DNA of 64,000 nt from Octopus vulgaris. Taxonomy: Eukaryota. Under the pieces are notes generated by a model. It searched no databases, was not told where the DNA came from, and was given only the letters and a program-made list of their open reading frames with translations. Location of the stretch: assembly GCA_951406725.2 (NCBI GenBank), contig OX597819.1:36580001-36644000 (forward strand). Direction: 5' to 3'. The translations under genes were made by a program, and so were the position numbers. Below, in pieces: positions 12,286 through 27,664 of the stretch (the first letter of the stretch is position 1; each line of letters begins with the position of its first letter).

Positions 12286-15200
12286 TTCAAGAGATTAATC
12301 CTCAAAATTATTCTAAAATTGAATTTTTTTATATACCATTTTAAAATTGGCTTCAGAACCGGAATCCGTTATTGGCGGCTTCGTCTCTTAGCATACCTCC
12401 GGCATATTGACTCCCTAACTTAAAGGGTTAATGAGTATTTTGTTTTATATTATTGGATATTTTCAAGAGGTTTCAAACATTATAGGCCGTTTGATAAAAT
12501 ATAGGATTTTATACGAAATGAGAACTAGTGTTTCACCTTATGGTGCCAACCATTAGTTGACAATATTGGTCGAATTTTTCTAATAAGTTCGTTTCAATTG
12601 AATATGTTATAGATTTCAGTCATGGACTGTGGCCAGGCTGGGGTACTGCCTTCAAAAATTTTAGTCGATCATCTCAACCCTAGTGTATATTATAGTCTAA
12701 TACCTATTTTATCGGAATCTATTTGTCGAACTGTGAACGTAAAGAATCCCAAAGAGACATTACATAACAACACTGGTTTTTAGACTGGTATAACTATAAG
12801 CACACACACGCTCATTATATGCGTATACATACATGTGAGTGTGCGTGTGCGTGTGCGCGTGTGTGCGTGCGTGCGTATGTCTGTGTGCTTTTACACAGCT
12901 TTTATCTACGAAATTTCACTTACTAGATATTGGTCAATTCGAGACTATAGGAAAAGCGGTCCTTGCACAAATGCAATGGAGTGGGATCGAGCTGGGAACC
13001 AAGTGGTTTCGAAGTGAATTTCTAAACCACGCAATCATGTCTCTGAGCTCATTCAACAGAACTACTGCACCTCTATACATAAACTGATGTACATAGTTTA
13101 AATATAAATAGAATTCAATTAATGTAGGAAAAAATAACATACGAAATCAACAAATATGACAGTAAATATAGATGCAATGAAATAAGAAACGACATTGATT
13201 GTTTTAAAGGAAGGTGAAACAATGTTGTGACAATCGTAAGAAAAACTTGTATTAAACAAACATGTATTAAGACAGCAAAGTAAATTCAAGAGAAAATTCA
13301 CTTCTGAAGTGGATGTCGAATGTGTTAATAGGACTCAACGACATTATAAATAGCAAATTGAAGTTGAATAGAAGAATAATTGTTACAATAGAGAGATAAT
13401 GTTTCGAAAATTAAATGAACATCTGAATAAGTGAAATGAAAACAAGCATTTATCGAATATAAATTTCAGGAGCCGACTCAGAATATCTTTAGACACTAAT
13501 ATATATTTTTCAAATGAGTTCAGTATCACGTTTCTAATCTCGTTAAGGTCGAAGTACTCAAGCATACTAAATATTGTTACCATATTTGTGTCTGCTATGA
13601 CGAGACTGAGAAAGCTAACAAGTTTTATTGTTCATATATTGACGAGTTGTCAGTATATTCAGTCCTACATTCAGAAAGCAACTATACATTCCTGACCATC
13701 GATACAGTATAACTACATAAATAGTGAATCACCTGAAAATGTCAAGATCTCACTTTATTTGTGAGCCTTTGTAGCCAATAATCTTAAGTGCCATCAGTAG
13801 CAGTCGTATCTCTCCACTAAATCTCAGACTAATGTATGTTTATTATTGCAAGAGAAAGACCTCTCACTTGATAACCAGACAGTTATATAAACGAAAGAAT
13901 CGTTAAGGACGCGAGATATCTTTGAACGCGCTACTTGTGGTTCTGCAGTAAAATGTAGAATACTGTAACTTGTTGATATTAAGTAAGCATCATTAAGACT
14001 TCAGCAAGTCATGGAAATGTTATATTCTCGCCGATGAGCTAAAAGGAGGCGAAACTTGTATGGGATTGCTGATGAAAGTCCAGCCCATTAAATCGACCCA
14101 GGTATTTGACTAGCACATTATTTTATCAATCCCCGAAACAATGAAAGTCAAAGTTGATCTTAGCAGGGTTTAAATTCCAGATGTAAATACTCTAAATATT
14201 TCTAGATATTTTCTTCGACAATCCTAATGATTCTACCAGTTTATGACCCTCACTGATGAAAATACTATCAGTCAAATATTTAATTTTCTCTCATCACATG
14301 TGTTGCATAAACTTTAGCTTTTCAACACTTTTAATATAAAATGTTTTTTGTCTCATATAACTGTCTAAATATCACTAAAGTTTATTACATACTTACCATA
14401 TTGGTGGACTCTCACATTGATTTCAACGTACAAGCATTCAGCTGTTCGGTAACTGCACAGCCTAAACATTGAATTAACGTGCAAAGTGGCTAATCATTGC
14501 GCAGAAACGTGTACCCTTATGGTAATTCTCAAGAAGAATTATATGAAAAAATATACAACAAGGCTGAATTTTTTAATTACACTTACAGGCCATCCGACAA
14601 GCTTCTGAACATTTTCCCATATACACAAATTCTCGAGGATTAGCACTCACGAGGCTAAGGTAAATGCATTTGCCCAAGATACTACGCAGTAAATTGAGGT
14701 CGAGATCTCGATGTTACAAAGCGAATTTCTTAACTATTCACGCATGTCTGCATCTATAGTACTACATTAGATCTAGACTACAGTCATTAATACAAGCACT
14801 GAGTGGCCAAAATAATCTTATCGTCCCAGATGCAACGATAAATTATATAAAACAACACGGAGAGAAAAAACTAAAACACTGCTTATGTTGTTAAGCCCTA
14901 CACCAATCCTGATTGAATGAGAGTCGTGAGTTTGTCCACCCAAGACGTAGAGGATCCGTCTATAAGTAGAATATGATCATGATTCAAGTATTGCTTTGTA
15001 CTGCTTGTTCGTTTTGTAAGAGTTGGCATGTAGTTACAATACTAGTTAAACCATATCAAAATTAGATTCAACTTTGAAGACTACGTGTATATGTATGAAA
15101 GTGATTGGTTATTCTATAAAAGTAATATTTTGAATAAGATAAAATTACTGCTTGCGTTTTATGCTGCTGTTTAGCTCCGGGTCAATCTTGATCAAATAAG

Positions 15201-15441
15201 TCTCAAAGAGCATTGCAACAATACCGTTCCCTTTTTACTACATTATCTTCTGTATCGTGTCCTTGTATAATACAATATAGTGTAATTTGAGATTTGTCAG
15301 ATATTTTTAGTAGGGTTAAGCTCGAGGTCCTTCTGGTACTTTCCGCTGGAGAAGTTTATATTAAGTATACGATGTTAAAAAAGGAAATTGAAAAAGTATA
15401 CAGGAAAAGTGTGGAAGTTTGTTATTAAAACTTATGCTTAC

Positions 15442-15676
15442 CCTTGCTTCCAGGGAACGTTTGGAAATAGGAACTTTAGAAAGTTTGACAATGACAATAA
15501 TTAGGAACGAAGCTGTAGCCAGGAACAAACCATCGTTGATAATTACTCGTGCGTACAAATATTCCATCACAAAACGTTTCTTGTATCTTTGGGCCCTCAA
15601 AGTCAGCGTCGCAAATGTGATGTTGATCACAAGAAACAAAATGGCAGCCAAACCAAGCAGTAGATTAGACTGATTC
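15442..15676 (-). CDS. GPR137: GPR137 coding exon 3 (NQSNLLLGLAA...RVIINDGLF...SKRSLEAR)
   Basis: Acceptor ctttccttttAG, donor GTAAGC, 235 nt (1 nt + 78 codons). RVIINDGLF and LEAR correspond to GPR137B RVAINDTLF and LESK. Confidence 0.9.
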
Positions 15677-16922
15677 CTAAAAGGAAAGCAAAAAAATACA
15701 TGACGGCTATACAGACATATTATGAATCTATTACAGATATAAAACATTTTAAGAATTTCGTAATATCCTGGCTTCAAACTAAGATTTTTAAATAACCCAT
15801 TACCTTCAGTTCTTTACGTAGACAAACCTGTCTTTAATCCTCAGTCTCTTAAAATAACTAAAATTAAGATATGTCGCACAAGTTAATCCACTATAAATTT
15901 TTCGCTTTCTCTTATATTAAGAATATTGTATCGAGTAAAAGAATAAAAGAATATCAATTTAATTAAAACGATCTAATCTACTAAATTTAATTAGTGCCTC
16001 AGTTAATATTTCTACCGGCTATTTTTTTTATTTTGTTGACACTACAAATTCCAATGAACAATCATAATAACCCGCTAAAGACAGTGAGGTGTCTGATAAC
16101 AAAATCATTATTTGGGAAATTGGGGCTATTGAATAAAGCCATATAATCAGATAATATTTTAATCCCAGTGAAAACTATTAAATACTGTAAAATATTACAT
16201 ATTCTTTACCCTTAAGATCAATTTGAGGAAAACTAAGTGATGTGAGACACACTTTCTCAGAGCGAGATGTAAACAGTAACCGCTCGACAATGTAAAGTAT
16301 AAAGAGAAATACATAAAACATTCCAATACAACAAACAAAAAAACTATGGAATTAAATCGAATATTGTGGAAAATATTAGTTTTCTTGATACAAAATAATT
16401 TCCTATTGACTTTTAAAAATTCTTCCACAGTTTACTACATTTTTTCTCGGCGTTCTAGCATGTTTCTTAATTATAGCTTATCTTTATTATGTTTAACAGA
16501 AACGAACAAGTTCGAAATTTTGCTATGACTTGCAGAGAAGAAACGAAAATAAATCATTGAGCTTTAATCTCATACAAGGAAAAGTATAAGCGTGTTTGAC
16601 AAGTAGTGTACGATTATCAGCAAACATGGAAGTTATTATGCTTTTTTTAATTTCATTTTGAGTTGTCTCCCTTGCATTTCTACGTTTAGTTCAGCAGTGT
16701 TCAAATACTTTTGATTAATGACATTAGCCGCTTATCATTAGAGCGATTAATATCTATCTATCTACCATTTTCCCCTTTTTTTTCTTCTTTCCCTTTTACG
16801 ATCCCTTTTGATCGATAACCTAACCCACCTCTTCTTTTTTTTTTTCTTCTCTCTCCCCGAAAGAAAAGCTCTACTTTGTAATCTATCCCGTCTGTGTGCA
16901 GCCCTGTGTGGCTAATAAACAT

Positions 16923-17170
<248 letters not shown>

Positions 17171-17748
17171 TTATGTAAGTTCTCTAAATTAAACAAACTG
17201 AAATTTACAAAAGAAAAATAGTGCAAAGATTTATAAACAGCAAACTCATATCACACTAAAAGTGTTAATATTTGTTAGACTTGTAAAAGAGCGAATGTTT
17301 TGTTTTTTCTTAGATTCTCTCGTTAAGTGTCTTAATATTTGTTGAGCTTGAAAGACAGTGAATATATAACATTAAGACGCATTTTTTTCTAAAGATTCCA
17401 GCTGTTTAGTTAGTCTGTGAAGCAAAATGACAAAAATATAGGTTAAAACTGGATTATATATTTTTTAATGTATCCAAGTATGTTAAAAAGATATCTGCTC
17501 TTCTTTTCTATCTCTTTCTTTCCCCAAAACATAGTCAGGATTTATAGATTTTGTCAACATTGTGGTAATATTTAGAAGAAAATATCTCTGCAATGAAGTT
17601 GAAAATACTACGGAAAGCTATCAATTACATTATTTTTCAGTCACGAAAATAATTTTTCAAATATAACACAGCTATGACATCTATGTTCATATCGTATGAA
17701 CGCAGGCTGTTGACAAACAAGAAAAAGAAATGTGATGATATTACTTAC

Positions 17749-17789
17749 TTTGTGATAGTTTGGTTCACTTCGTGTCCTTTCAGATATGC
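17749..17789 (-). CDS. GPR137: GPR137 coding exon 2 (41 nt, AYLKGHEVNQTITK)
   Basis: Flanked by tttttatttctgtcAG and GTAAGT. Phase 0 in and phase 2 out exactly bridges exons 1 and 3. Position matches the short second exon of vertebrate GPR137B. Absent from the ORF track. Confidence 0.8.
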
Positions 17790-18682
17790 CTGACAGAAAT
17801 AAAAATAACAAGAAACAGAAACTGTGTTTATAATTTATATTTGATATAAGATGCGTAGGTTTATATTTTTTATTTACAATGGCTTTTTTTTCAGAAACAT
17901 GTTACATTGAAACAGCAGAATAGTTTGTTTTGTTTTATATTTATTGATTTTAGTCGTTGAATTGCAGCCATTCGAAGACATTGCCCTCAAGGGATTTTCT
18001 GTTATCAAACTACGTTTTGAATCGAAGACACATAGCTTAGTAGTTTAGATGTTGTACTCGAGATTATAAAGCCGTGGGTTCGGTTCCTGAACCCGTGGCA
18101 CGTTGCGTCCTTGAAGAAGGCATTTCATTTCATAATACTCCAGTCTACTTAACCGAAATCGAGCACAGACAACAGTAGCAGCTAGAAGATAAACTTTTGG
18201 GAGATTAGCGTCCTGCCCAATAGTGGGCATCTTGTACAGTTGTGGCGTTGGTGGTGGAGAGGTATTTGTACACCCCGAAAATTGGGGTAAGTTCCCGCAT
18301 AAGTAAACTTTAAGATCGTGATAAATTTTAACTTTCCGTCTCGCACTTATTTGATCGATCTTTATCAAATGGTAATGTTAGGTATTGGTATAACGACTGA
18401 AATTCAGGGACTGCAAAATAAGAATTCTATTTTGTTTCCATATCCAAACGGATTTATATTTACTATAATTTTGGTAAAGGAGCCTTTCATATCGTTATCC
18501 ATTTGGAAACATTGTGACAGACCGGAAGCAGTAGGAGATTGATGGAAACTATGTGGAACACCGTCGTGGCACCTGGGGCAAGTGTCTTCTGCTATAGCCT
18601 CGAGCCGACCAAAGCCTTGTGAGGGGATTTGGTAGGCGGAAAATGAAAGAAGCCTGTCTTACATATATATATATATATATCA

Positions 18683-18966
18683 CTGTCACCGTGACCGACC
18701 AAGCTATCAGATGTTGCTATACATCGCTGGTCACAATGCGCCTCGCATTGTTTTAGCCTTCAAATGACGCCACCCCGCTGGCTAAGCGAGCAGGCCAGCA
18801 GAAGAAAGAGAGAAGGTTGTGGCGGAAGAGTACAGCAGGGATCGCCCCCGCCCCTGCCGGAGATCGTGGAGCTATAGGTGTTTTCGGTCAATAAACACTC
18901 ACAGCGCCCGATCTGGGAATCCAAACCGCGAGTCCGCTGCCCTAACCACTGGGCCATTGCGCCTCC
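18683..18966 (-). mobile_element. tRNA-derived SINE family C, tail type 1
   Basis: Head ggcgcaatggcccagtggttagggcagcggactcgcgg (A/B boxes). Tail ...tgtgaccagcgatgtatagcaacatctgatagc shared with 51795-52093. Confidence 0.8.
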
Positions 18967-19263
18967 ATATATATATATATATTTTATATATATATAATTA
19001 TATATTTTCTTTAGAAAAGCATAGAATGCATGGAAGTGGTCGGGTAAAATCCGAGACGCTAGACAAGTACAAAAGATATGTGTGTGTGTGTCCATCACCC
19101 ACCAACCGCTTAACAACCAGGAATGGTTTGTTTTCATCCCCGTAACTTAGCGGTTCAACAAAAGATCCGATATACTAAGAATCAGGCTTAAAAAATTAAA
19201 TGCTTTCAAGGTGGTGCCCCAGTATGAGTGCAGTACAATGACTGACTCAATTAAAAGATTATA

Positions 19264-19299
<36 letters not shown>

Positions 19300-19360
19300 T
19301 GTATGTATGTATGTATGTATGTATGTATGTATGTATGTATGTATGTATGTATGTATACCA

Positions 19361-19405
<45 letters not shown>

Positions 19406-19639
19406 CGTGGTTTTGTAGTAAAAATTTTGCTTCTCAACCACATAGTTCTATATTCAATCCCATTCATTGACACCTGGGACAAATGTCTTCTATTATAGCT
19501 CCGAGTCGAACGAAGCCTTGTGAGTGGATTTGGTTGACGGAAACTGAAATATCCTGTCATACATACATAGGTACATACATACGTACGTATATACATACAT
19601 ACATACATACATACATACATACATACATACATACATACA

Positions 19640-20300
19640 AACAGGAAATATCAACCAAGTACCAGATGGACACAAGGGACAGAGATGCAGGAAAAACAAT
19701 AAAATGTGACAAACGATACAGACTTTGTGGAGTTAACAGAAGATATCACCTACATCATAATCAGTTGTCCGAAAATGTCATCACGGTATTATCTACCGAT
19801 CAGATATGATGTAGCTAGAAAACTCTACAATGAAATCCGCCGGAAAGATAACACCGAGGACAAAGAAATAAAAACCCACAGTATAGTTGTAGCCATATCC
19901 ACTCATAATAAAAAGGAGTACTGGTGGAATGTCTCAGTGTAGATCTCAATAAAATGTAAGCACAACAGACCTGGCATAATGACTTGGGATAGAGAAAAGA
20001 AACTGTGCATAGTTGTGGGAATTAGCTGTCCAGCGGATGTTAACATAAAGCTGAAGATAAGTGAAAAAAGGAATACCTACGTTGAACTATTGAGAAATCT
20101 GCAGCTACTCTATCTAGGTTACAAGTTCAGGTTTATACCTGTAATTATTAGGGACCTGGGATATAGATACTGCCTAAATACCAATCTTGAGAAATTAGGC
20201 TTCTCAAAACCAGAAAGGAGAAAGCTAATTCGAAGACTATAGGTCCAATCCATCATTGGAACTGTAAAAGTCTGTAAAACTTTCTAGAAGTTTATCATTT
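19640..20300 (+). mobile_element. R4/Dong-like RLE-type non-LTR retrotransposon, 5'-truncated and decayed, in a (TACA)n array
   Basis: RLC...EDITYIIISCPKMSSRYYLPIRYD (decayed CCHC), HNRPGI...GISCPADVNI..K..EK...Y (PD-(D/E)xK-type RLE), FIPVII. Its 3' UTR block appears twice (about 20405-20515 and 20712-20822). Confidence 0.75.
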
Positions 20301-20829
20301 AAATATATATGAGCATGTCTAGATATGCAACTATATGAATGAGAATACATACGTAAAGCAAAACCTACAAATCTGAACATATACATATATACATACAAAC
20401 AAAAATACCCTTCCTTTTGTTGATGTTGAAATTCCAATGAAGGAGCCTTGAATCTATGTTAGAAACTGGCTTTTTCTCTATTGGCAAGGAATCTTGAAAT
20501 AAAACTGAACAATACATACATACACAAATATATACATACATGCATAATGCATACACACTTACATACGTACATACATACATACATACATACATACATACAT
20601 ACATACATACATACATACATGCATGCATACATACAAACATACAGGCATCGTACATACATACTACAAATCTGCACATATGCATATATACATACACACATAC
20701 ATACTTAAAAAAATCCCCTGTTGTTGATGTTGAAATTCCAATGAAGAAAATTTGGATCTAGGTTAGAAACCAGCTCTTTCTCTATTGGCAAAATATTTTG
20801 AAATAAAAGTGAATAACGACATACATACA

Positions 20830-20860
<31 letters not shown>

Positions 20861-21075
20861 GTGTGTGTGTATTTGTGCCTTTGTGTTTGTCCCTCATCAC
20901 CACTTGGCAACCGGTGCTGGTTTATTTACGTCCCGGTAACTTATCGGGTTTGGTAGTATAAGTACCAGGCTTAAAATATTAAGTACTGGTGCCGATTCAT
21001 TTGATTAAAACTCTTAAAGAGGTGCCTAGCATGGCCGCAGTTCTGTACTGAAACAAGTAAAACATAAGAAAAGTA

Positions 21076-21490
21076 CAGGCGTGGCTGCATGGTAAGAAGT
21101 TTGTTTCCTAAGCACATGGTTCCGGTTTCAGTCCCATTATATTGTACCTTGGACAAGTGTTTTCTACTATAACCTCAGCCGACCAAAGCCTTGTGACTGG
21201 ATTTGCTTGATAGAAACTGAAAGAAGCCCGTTGTGTGTGTGTGAGTGTGTGTGTGTGTGTGTGGCTGTGTCTTTGTATCTGTGTTTGTCCCACACCACCG
21301 CTTCACAGCCAGTGTTAGTGTGTTTACGACCCCCGTAACATTGCAGTTCGGCAAAAGACACCGATAGAGTAAGCATCAGGCTTAGAAAAAGTACTAAATA
21401 AACAAGAACTGGAGTTGATTCTTTCGACTAACAATTCAAGGCGGTGCACCAGCATGGCCACAGTCTAATAACCAAAAGAGATAAAAAAAT
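21076..21490 (+). mobile_element. SINE family B copy
   Basis: ggcgtggctgcatggtaagaag head, CORE-like ccttggacaagtg, tail ggcggtgcaccagcatggccacagtc. Confidence 0.75.
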
Positions 21491-21962
21491 GTGTGTGTGT
21501 TCAATGAATAACTTGTGTTATTTATATTATTTTCTGACAATACATTTTAGTGCATCTATCATAACACAATTATGACTGGTGTGATCAACTACAGATTATT
21601 AGTACTAACCACCGCCCTTGATGTGCTTCTTTTTACGATAATTTGTTTAGTTTGAAGGCGTGTGACAAATTGCGTTGGTATTCAGTCAAAAGTTTATTAT
21701 TAATATCACATTAACAGCAACAACAGCAACAACCTCAACAGACAGTGTAAATTACGAGTACTAACTGTCTGTTGAGGTATATTGCAGTGGAAGAATTAGT
21801 AGTTTGACTGCTATTTCTAAATATCGGTATGTGGTGAAGCAACTTCTGCTGATCCCTTAATTATGTTTATAATTACAAAAAAAAAAAGTTTTTACCGATG
21901 ATGGTTTTTATCCATGCCGACCTACTTGATAAAATTGTTAATTGTTAAATTATTAATTTTTA

Positions 21963-22030
<68 letters not shown>

Positions 22031-22034
22031 ATAC

Positions 22035-22074
<40 letters not shown>

Positions 22075-22126
22075 GTGTATATATATATATATATATATAC
22101 ACATGTGTATATATATATATATATAT

Positions 22127-22164
<38 letters not shown>

Positions 22165-22172
22165 GTGTATAT

Positions 22173-23306
22173 ACTTTACTTTGATACTTTGATAGGTTTC
22201 GGCCATTATTGGCCCAGGCCATGTCTAACTTAATAGCACCACCTGGTGAAGTCTTTCAAGTCAGAATTTGGGCACTATGGCCCACTCAAGTAGAGAGTTA
22301 TTGTTTACAGAGACATATCCGGGTGTAGGGGGTTTATCCGGGATTTCTTGAAGGAATCTGTCCAAAGACTTCTTGAACCCTATAGGGTCAGTTTCTGTTT
22401 TAATGTGTTTTGGTGTAATGTTAAAGAGAGCGGGGCCAATTGAGGTGAAATAATTGTGCCGTATTGTTGTTATGAGATGAGAGTGCGATTTTTGTTTTGG
22501 GCGGATGGCACGGGGCCCAAGCCTTGGATGTACCTTAAAGGTGATGCCAACATCATTTGGGCAATGCTGATGGAATATTTTCCACATCATGCAGATGATG
22601 TAGCGCTCACGACGACGTTGGAGAGAATAGAGTTTTAGCTTTTCTAGTCGACCCCAATAGTCGAGGCCTGTCATGCCATCTATCTTTTTTGTGATTGCCC
22701 TTTGAGGTGCTTCGACTTTTATGATACCTTGTATTGTGTGGGGAGACCACAGTGGACAACAGTATTCAAGGTGGGGTCGGGCAAAAGTGGAGAAGAGAAG
22801 GATAATGGTGTGGATATCTCTCGACTGGAAAGTTCTGAGAATCCAGGAACACATTCTGCGGGCCATGTCAACTTTGGTGTTTATATGAGTGGCCCAGCTT
22901 ACGTTGTTGTCCACAATTACTCCCAAGTCTCTGATGTTGTTGGACGCCGCGAGAGTTTCACCTGAAGGAAGGGAGTATGGGAGTTTCAGGGCATCCTCTT
23001 TTCCAAAGTGGATTAGCTCAAATTTATCCTCGTTCAGCAGCATATTGTTTTTTTCTGCCCATTGGATAACAGCCAGTAGATCTGACTGAAGGCATGTCCG
23101 GTCACTCGCCTCATTTATGACCTTCTGTAGCTTGGAGTCATCTGCAAAGATTTTTATGTTGCTGTGCTTGATGATGTCATTAATGTCATTAATGTAAATG
23201 ATGAAAAGAAGTGGGCCCAGCACAGTGCCTTGCGGAACGCCACTACTGACTTTGGCTGGGCTTGATTTTACCCCTTCAACTACAACATGTTGAGATCTGT
23301 CTGTCA
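22173..23306 (-). mobile_element. 5'-truncated CR1/L2-group LINE with uninterrupted RT C-terminal half
   Basis: [47 protein letters not shown]. Stop at 22261. (ATCAAAGT)n-type tail. The N-terminal part of the listed 692-aa ORF is microsatellite. Confidence 0.92.
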
Positions 23307-23322
23307 ATATATATATATATAC

Positions 23323-23354
<32 letters not shown>

Positions 23355-23426
23355 CATGTGTATATATATATATATATATATATGTGTATATATGTATATA
23401 TATATATATATATATACATGTGTATA

Positions 23427-23499
<73 letters not shown>

Positions 23500-23521
23500 A
23501 TATATATATATATGTGTGTGT

Positions 23522-23611
<90 letters not shown>

Positions 23612-23612
23612 A

Positions 23613-23657
<45 letters not shown>

Positions 23658-23668
23658 TTTTTTTTTTT

Positions 23669-23711
<43 letters not shown>

Positions 23712-23719
23712 ATGTGTGT

Positions 23720-23893
<174 letters not shown>

Positions 23894-23904
23894 ATACATG
23901 TGTA

Positions 23905-23953
<49 letters not shown>

Positions 23954-23957
23954 ATAC

Positions 23958-24096
<139 letters not shown>

Positions 24097-24216
24097 TATA
24101 TATATATATGTATGTATATATGTATACATGTATATATGTATATATATATAAGAGATAGATAGATAGATAGATAGATAGACAGACATACAGCTAGACAGAC
24201 AGACAGACAGACAGAC

Positions 24217-24285
<69 letters not shown>

Positions 24286-24784
24286 TAGACGTAGATTTAG
24301 ATAATTATTTAGATAATTATATGTGTGGGATGAGACCAACGCAAAATCGGGTAAATCAATTAATGTCGAAGTTTAATCCTTTCATTAATTCATTAAAAAA
24401 CAAATAAAACGACGCAAAGTCGGCTAACAATTACTTCGATAAGAAATATAGCAACGACATAAACAAACAACAATAGCAGAAACTAGAACAGTTTGAAAAT
24501 CTATATGTATGACACATATATGTCTAAAATATATACAAAGCTGTGTTGTCAATATTCTTTTATCTGTTTCCGTCGTTCGTCTCACCAACCTCCCCACCTC
24601 GCTATCGTTCTATTTACAGTGATATTCAACAAAACAAAGTTTTTCATAGATTATGCATGAGTTCAAAAATCAGAATTTTGCTTAACCATTTTATTGTTTA
24701 AAATCTATTAAAGATAGATTTAGCTAACCATTCTCAAGCCCACATCAAATATACACAAAATACACACACACACGTACTCACACG

Positions 24785-24823
<39 letters not shown>

Positions 24824-24978
24824 TTATATATATATATACATAACATGTGTCTGTATGTGCTTTATCTATGTATTTGTTGTGCATCCATACATACATACAT
24901 AATACATACATACATACATACATACATACATACATACATACATACATACATACATACATGCATATATATATATATATA

Positions 24979-27207
24979 TGTAATGCAAGCCATATGCTAC
25001 AAATGTCTGTAATGCAAGCCATATGCTACAAATGTGTCCCAGAGAGAAAGGCCACTGTACACAAGAACAAAATCCCCAGAGAGAGGAAAATTTTAATGAG
25101 ACGGCGTACGAAATTTTCAAATCGCCTAAACAAACAGACTGAAAGCAGTGAAAAGTCCCGCCTAAAAATAAAACTGTTGGAAATCGAAAAATGTCTGCAA
25201 CTCTCCCATGAAAAAGAAAGAGCAGACAAAGAAGCCTGGGCTATAGAAAACATAAAATCTAACCCCAGAGCTTTCTACAGGTATGCCAAAGAAACAGCTA
25301 CAGTGCACTGTAGAATAGGGCCACTCCTCGAAAAGGATGGCCCACTTACAGGAAAACCAATGAGGGTAAGTGAAATACTGAATGAGCAATTCAAGAGTGT
25401 TTTCACTCCACCCCTTGGGCATCTCCAAATCACCAATCCAACTGACTTTTTTACCACTGCAGATATAAAATCAGAGGCGGCGACGATAGATTACATCGAT
25501 ATAAAGGAAGACGATGTAACCAAGGCTATAGATGAAATGAAAACAGACTCAGCTACTGGCCCCGATGGATTCCCGGCAATCCTCCTAAAAGCATGTAAGA
25601 GAGTCCTAGCAAGACCACTGCAGTTCCTCTTTCAGAGCTTCCTTGCAGCTGGCAAACTTCCAGGAAAACTGAAGGAAGGTAAAATATGCCCCATTCATAA
25701 AGGAGGTAGCAGAGCGGAAGCCAAGAACTATAGACCTATCTCTCTGACCTCACACATCAGCAAGGTCATGGAACGAATAGTCAGAAGGAAGCTGATCACC
25801 TTCCTTGAAGAGAATGACTTGCTGCCCGACACCCAACATGGTTTCCGACCAGGGAGAAGCTGTTTAACTCAGCTCCTACAACACTATGACTGGGTGCTGA
25901 AACGGCTGCTCAACCACTCAAATGTGGAAGTGATATATCTCGACTTTGCAAAGGCCTTTGATAAAGTCGATCATGGAATGATATGTCACAAACTGCGTGA
26001 TCTCAACATAGTTGGAAAACTGGGAGAATGGCTTCATGACTTTCTGAAGGATAGAAGTCAGGTGGTAGTAGCCAATGGGGCCACCTCCATTAACACACAA
26101 ATAGTGAGCGGTGTTCCGCAGGGCACTGTTCTGGGACCACTACTGTTCATAATGGCCCTCTCAGACATGCCCTCAGCCACGCAGAGAGCCACGATCACAA
26201 GTTATGCAGATGATACAAAAGTTTCACAGGCAATACAGAACCCTGAGGACACTAAACACCTGCAATGTGAGCTGGACGAAATATACAAGTGGGCTGAAAA
26301 GAATAGCATGCAGTTCAATGCTGGAAAGTTTCAAGCTTTATACTATCAGCATGCAAAACTGAATGCAATACCCAATGAATACACTGGACCCGGAGGGATT
26401 GCAATCCCAGAGGCACAATCAGTGCGTGACCTGGGTATTCACATGAGTGATGACGCGACCTTTCATGTACATGTTGCTAAACTGACAATGAAATGTAGAC
26501 GGCTGGCTGGATGGATTCTTAGAACCTTTAGAACAAGAGAACAAGAAACCATGATGGTCCTCTGGAAGACACTTGTCCTAAGCCACTTTGACTATTGCTC
26601 TCAGCTATGGTCACCATCCAGTGTCAAGTTGATCACAGAACTTGAGGCGATCCAACGAAGCTACACAAAGAAGATAGCCTCTATGCAGAATGTAAGCTAC
26701 TGGGAAAGACTCAAGAGATTAAAATTATATTCCCTGGAGCGTAGGCGGGAAAGATATACCATAATATACATCTGGAAGATCCTGGAGGGAAGTGTCCTGA
26801 ACTTTGGCATCGAGAGTTACGCAAATGCCAGAACTGGGCGCCACTGCGTGGTGCCTAGGACTCCAAACCTGCCATCAAGATGTAGGACAAGATTCTGTGA
26901 TAGCCTGGGCTTCCTGAGGCCCACAGCTCTTCAATATCCTCCCGAAGAACCTGAGAGACCTGCATGGGGTGGATACAGATGTCTTTAAAAGGAAGCTGGA
27001 TCTCTTCCTGTCAGGTGTCCCAGATGAACCAACTTCACGGCAGGAGGGGCAGATGAGGGCAGCTGCATCGAACTCTCTCATGCACCAAATAGCAGTTGCT
27101 AGAAAGCCTCCATGAAGTGAAACCAAGTAGCAACACCAAATGGCGGTGCCCCAGCATGGCCACAGCTCATAGGCTGAAACTAGAATCAATCAATCAATCA
27201 ATCAATC
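24979..27207 (+). mobile_element. 5'-truncated CR1/L2-group LINE with complete RT domain and one frameshift near the C-terminus
   Basis: [52 protein letters not shown]. An extra base near 26915 shifts the frame, and the native C-terminus (GPQLFNILP...VPDEP...SNSL) ends TGA 27113-27115. (ATCA)n tail. Confidence 0.93.
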
Positions 27208-27214
27208 ATATATG

Positions 27215-27660
<446 letters not shown>

Positions 27661-27664
27661 CTAT

